Part shown: in pieces, positions 62,052-64,000 of the stretch
Numbering within the stretch: position 1 is the stretch's first letter
Layout of the letters: every line of letters starts with the position of its first letter
Source of the DNA: a virus
Taxonomy: Duplodnaviria > Heunggongvirae > Uroviricota > Caudoviricetes > Ackermannviridae
DNA length: 64,000 nt
IMG/VR virus record: IMGVR_UViG_2974514734_000001
Location: 32,683-96,682 of that record
Strand: one strand, 5' to 3'
Position numbers and translations under genes: made by a program
The notes under the pieces: generated by a model
Told to the model about the DNA's origin: nothing
The model's database searches: none
Seen by the model: the letters and a program-made list of their open reading frames with translations, nothing else

Positions 62052-62340
62052 TTACTGGCTGTTGGCAGACATACTGCTTTTCGCCTTGCTGTTGATAACG
62101 GCATTTATTTGGGTTAAGGGATTTCTGACATTCCTACACTCGTTGAGTGCCATGATATCTTTCTATGCTGTGTCCCCCCATAGTGACGTCAATGTACGAG
62201 CAGCAAATCAATCTGACATGTTGGCTGAATACGTCATGATGCGTGATAAAGCAACCAGGATCGTCCTGTTTTCTACACTGGCGGGGGCGGTTATTATATT
62301 TATACAACACGTCTTGGAGGCAACTCATGCCGTTTTATGA
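62044..62340 (+). CDS. small membrane protein (2-3 TM)
   Basis: Hydrophobic segments. Confidence 0.4.
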   Translation: MINYWLLADILLFALLLITAFIWVKGFLTFLHSLSAMISFYAVSPHSDVNVRAANQSDMLAEYVMMRDKATRIVLFSTLAGAVIIFIQHVLEATHAVL

Positions 62341-62572
62341 TTATGCCTGTACAGGTTGTGGTAATTCTTTCAGTACCAGAAGGTCTTGTGCTGAACGCCA
62401 TACGCCTGAATTAGATCCATGCGCTGAATGTGGCGGTGAAATCAAAATGGTCATTGGAGCACCAAAGATCGTATCTGGTGTCCGTGGCCCACAATCCGCA
62501 CCTGATGGCTTCAAAGACGTATTGCGTCATATTAAGAAGCAGTCTGGGAAGGGGAATACAATCGATGTCTGA
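62327..62572 (+). CDS. FmdB-type zinc-ribbon protein
   Basis: MPFYDYACTGCGNSF…CAECGG (CxxC…CxxC); GGAGG RBS. Confidence 0.45.
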   Translation: MPFYDYACTGCGNSFSTRRSCAERHTPELDPCAECGGEIKMVIGAPKIVSGVRGPQSAPDGFKDVLRHIKKQSGKGNTIDV

Positions 62573-62807
62573 CCAACAAATAGCACAAGTCCTCACACCT
62601 GATTCATTCTCAGAATTGGTGTTGATGCGAGCGAGCCAACGCAAGGAATCAATCCTTGAAACAATGGCCAGTGTTTGTGAAGAGTATGACATCGAAGAAG
62701 CAAAGGTCAAAAAATTGATCACGCCCCCTCTTCTGTCAAGGCTAACAGCTGAATGTTCTGATGCTCGGTTGTTGAAGGGTGAATTGAAATCTAAAAAACT
62801 CATTTAA
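62565..62807 (+). CDS. hypothetical protein (80 aa)
   Basis: ATG overlapping the previous stop. Confidence 0.35.
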   Translation: MSDQQIAQVLTPDSFSELVLMRASQRKESILETMASVCEEYDIEEAKVKKLITPPLLSRLTAECSDARLLKGELKSKKLI

Positions 62808-62816
62808 GGTTGTAAC

Positions 62817-63056
62817 ATGAGCAAAGAGCAAATTTATAAATTGTTGAAGGCGCAAGAGTATCTGCCAGGTTCTATCCGCTGGCGTCACGGTAGCCTCAAT
62901 GAACATGCTGATGATATGGATCGCGTTCGTTTCACAACGCCGGAAGGTAAATCCTATGTCATTGAGTACCATACATTCTTGGAAGGTCATAAAACCTTCT
63001 CGGATGTGTACGATATCATTGAGATAGACCCAGCAAAACAAATGATTGCGGGTTAA
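62817..63056 (+). CDS. hypothetical protein (79 aa)
   Basis: ORF. Confidence 0.4.
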   Translation: MSKEQIYKLLKAQEYLPGSIRWRHGSLNEHADDMDRVRFTTPEGKSYVIEYHTFLEGHKTFSDVYDIIEIDPAKQMIAG

Positions 63057-63152
63057 CTCAATAGCAAAAGGCAGTATAATTACATCGTCGGAATAATTGA
63101 CAAATACATTTACAGAATAGCCCGAAGGGGCGGATTATAGAGGAATATTAAA

Positions 63153-64000
63153 ATGGGTAATTTATTTGATCGTCTTAAACAATCTCGTGGCCAACAAGCC
63201 GAAGCTATGCAACAGCGACTCGCTCAGCAAGGCCAGCGTGTTGGTGGCGGTCGTGACCCACGCATCTGGAAGTGGACCTGGAATGACAAGGGTACTTCCG
63301 AAAACATCATTCGTTTCCTACCTATCCCTTTGGTGGACATGAAGGCTCAAGAAGAAGGCACCATCCCTGAAGATGCTGTGTTAACTCCATGCGCCATGAT
63401 CATGAAACACGCTTTCCAGGGTGCTGGCGGCTGGTATATCGAAAACTCACCTCAGACTTTCGGTAACGATGATCCTGTTCGTGACCACGATCGTCCTCTG
63501 TGGGCACAACAGAAAGAAACGAACGATGAAAAACTGAAGACAGTCCTGAAAAAACGTCTGCCGGACACCAAATACTACGCCAACATCTTGGTGATCAAAG
63601 ATGGCAATAATCCGGAAAATAACGGCAAGGTCTTCTTGCTGGAATTCGGTAATGCCGTCAAGAAAATCCTGGATTCGGCTCAGAATCCTAAGTTCTCAAC
63701 CGACCCTAAATTCGACCCGTTCGATATGTGGGAAGGCGCGAACCTGATTCTGAACCTATTTGGTGAAGAGAAAGAGTTCGGAAACTGGAAAGGCCTGGTT
63801 GCCAACTTCACCAACGTGAAGTGGGATAGTCCGGCACCGCTGGGAACCGACGAATACATTGAAGAGATCTGGGAAAAAGAGCACAGCTTGTTTGAGTTCT
63901 TTAATCCGGCCAACTTCAAATCGTACGAAGATCTGGAAAAACGTTTGCGCAAAGTTCTGGCCATCCCTGATAATCAGCCTCTGGTTGAAGGTGGTGCTTC
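63153..64000 (+). CDS. 32: single-stranded DNA-binding protein gp32, N-terminal part (3' end lies outside the window)
   Basis: Not in the ORF track (no stop within the window); GAGGAA RBS; …NIIRFLPIP… resembles T4 gp32 …AVIRFLPS…; basic/acidic layout. Confidence 0.75.
   Translation, partial: MGNLFDRLKQSRGQQAEAMQQRLAQQGQRVGGGRDPRIWKWTWNDKGTSENIIRFLPIPLVDMKAQEEGTIPEDAVLTPCAMIMKHAFQGAGGWYIENSPQTFGNDDPVRDHDRPLWAQQKETNDEKLKTVLKKRLPDTKYYANILVIKDGNNPENNGKVFLLEFGNAVKKILDSAQNPKFSTDPKFDPFDMWEGANLILNLFGEEKEFGNWKGLVANFTNVKWDSPAPLGTDEYIEEIWEKEHSLFEFFNPANFKSYEDLEKRLRKVLAIPDNQPLVEGGA

Noticed and set aside
1-64000. CRISPR arrays, tRNA genes, rRNA, integrase or attachment sites
   Set aside because: No regularly spaced direct repeats were seen. 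No convincing cloverleaf with T-loop GTTCRANYC signatures was found in the gene-free regions. No tyrosine or serine recombinase motifs were found. The content is consistent with a virulent T4-type genome.

Overview
This window is from a T4-like (Tevenvirinae-type) myophage genome. Everything below rests on reading the translated ORFs and the DNA by eye; no database search was run.

Recognisable core modules:
- Head morphogenesis: portal gp20 (3' part, 3-824), gp67, gp68, prohead protease gp21, scaffold gp22 and major capsid gp23, followed by a seg-like GIY-YIG homing endonuclease as in T4 (23-segD).
- Recombination: UvsY, a PD-(D/E)xK nuclease and UvsW helicase.
- Replication, T4 order: sliding clamp gp45, clamp loader gp44 and gp62, RegA.
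- Further along: HU, a DinG/XPD-type Fe-S helicase, RNase HI, a second seg-like GIY-YIG gene, late sigma gp55, gp47 (Mre11-like), gp46 (Rad50-like) and primase gp61.
- Lysis and nucleotide metabolism: endolysin, PhoH, NrdA, NrdB and a glutaredoxin-like NrdH.
- Minus-strand late block: a gp25-like protein, baseplate hub/tail spike gp5 and an upstream baseplate-position gene, with TATAAATA-type late promoters.
- The 5' part of gp32 at the window end.

Accessory content sits between these modules. It includes an HNH endonuclease and a MazG/gp56-like NTP pyrophosphatase at the place where T4 has gene 43. It also includes a pair of large unknown proteins (673 aa and a 750-aa vWA protein), an acyl-carrier-protein-like protein lacking the phosphopantetheinyl serine, and a putative R-S-E ADP-ribosyltransferase. 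Other accessory genes encode a ParB-like nuclease, secreted proteins, an SPFH lipoprotein and a secreted SLT transglycosylase. There is also a 795-aa protein with an Alt-like N-terminal prohead-protease cleavage motif.

Intergenic regions carry repeated stem-loop + early-promoter cassettes (GTTTAC-N17/18-TATAAT-like). These resemble the PeSL mobile regulatory cassettes described in T4-type phages, together with a conserved translation-initiation motif. Two longer non-coding regions, 12699-13034 and 59056-59561, contain palindromes and repeats. No CRISPR array, rRNA or tRNA was recognised.
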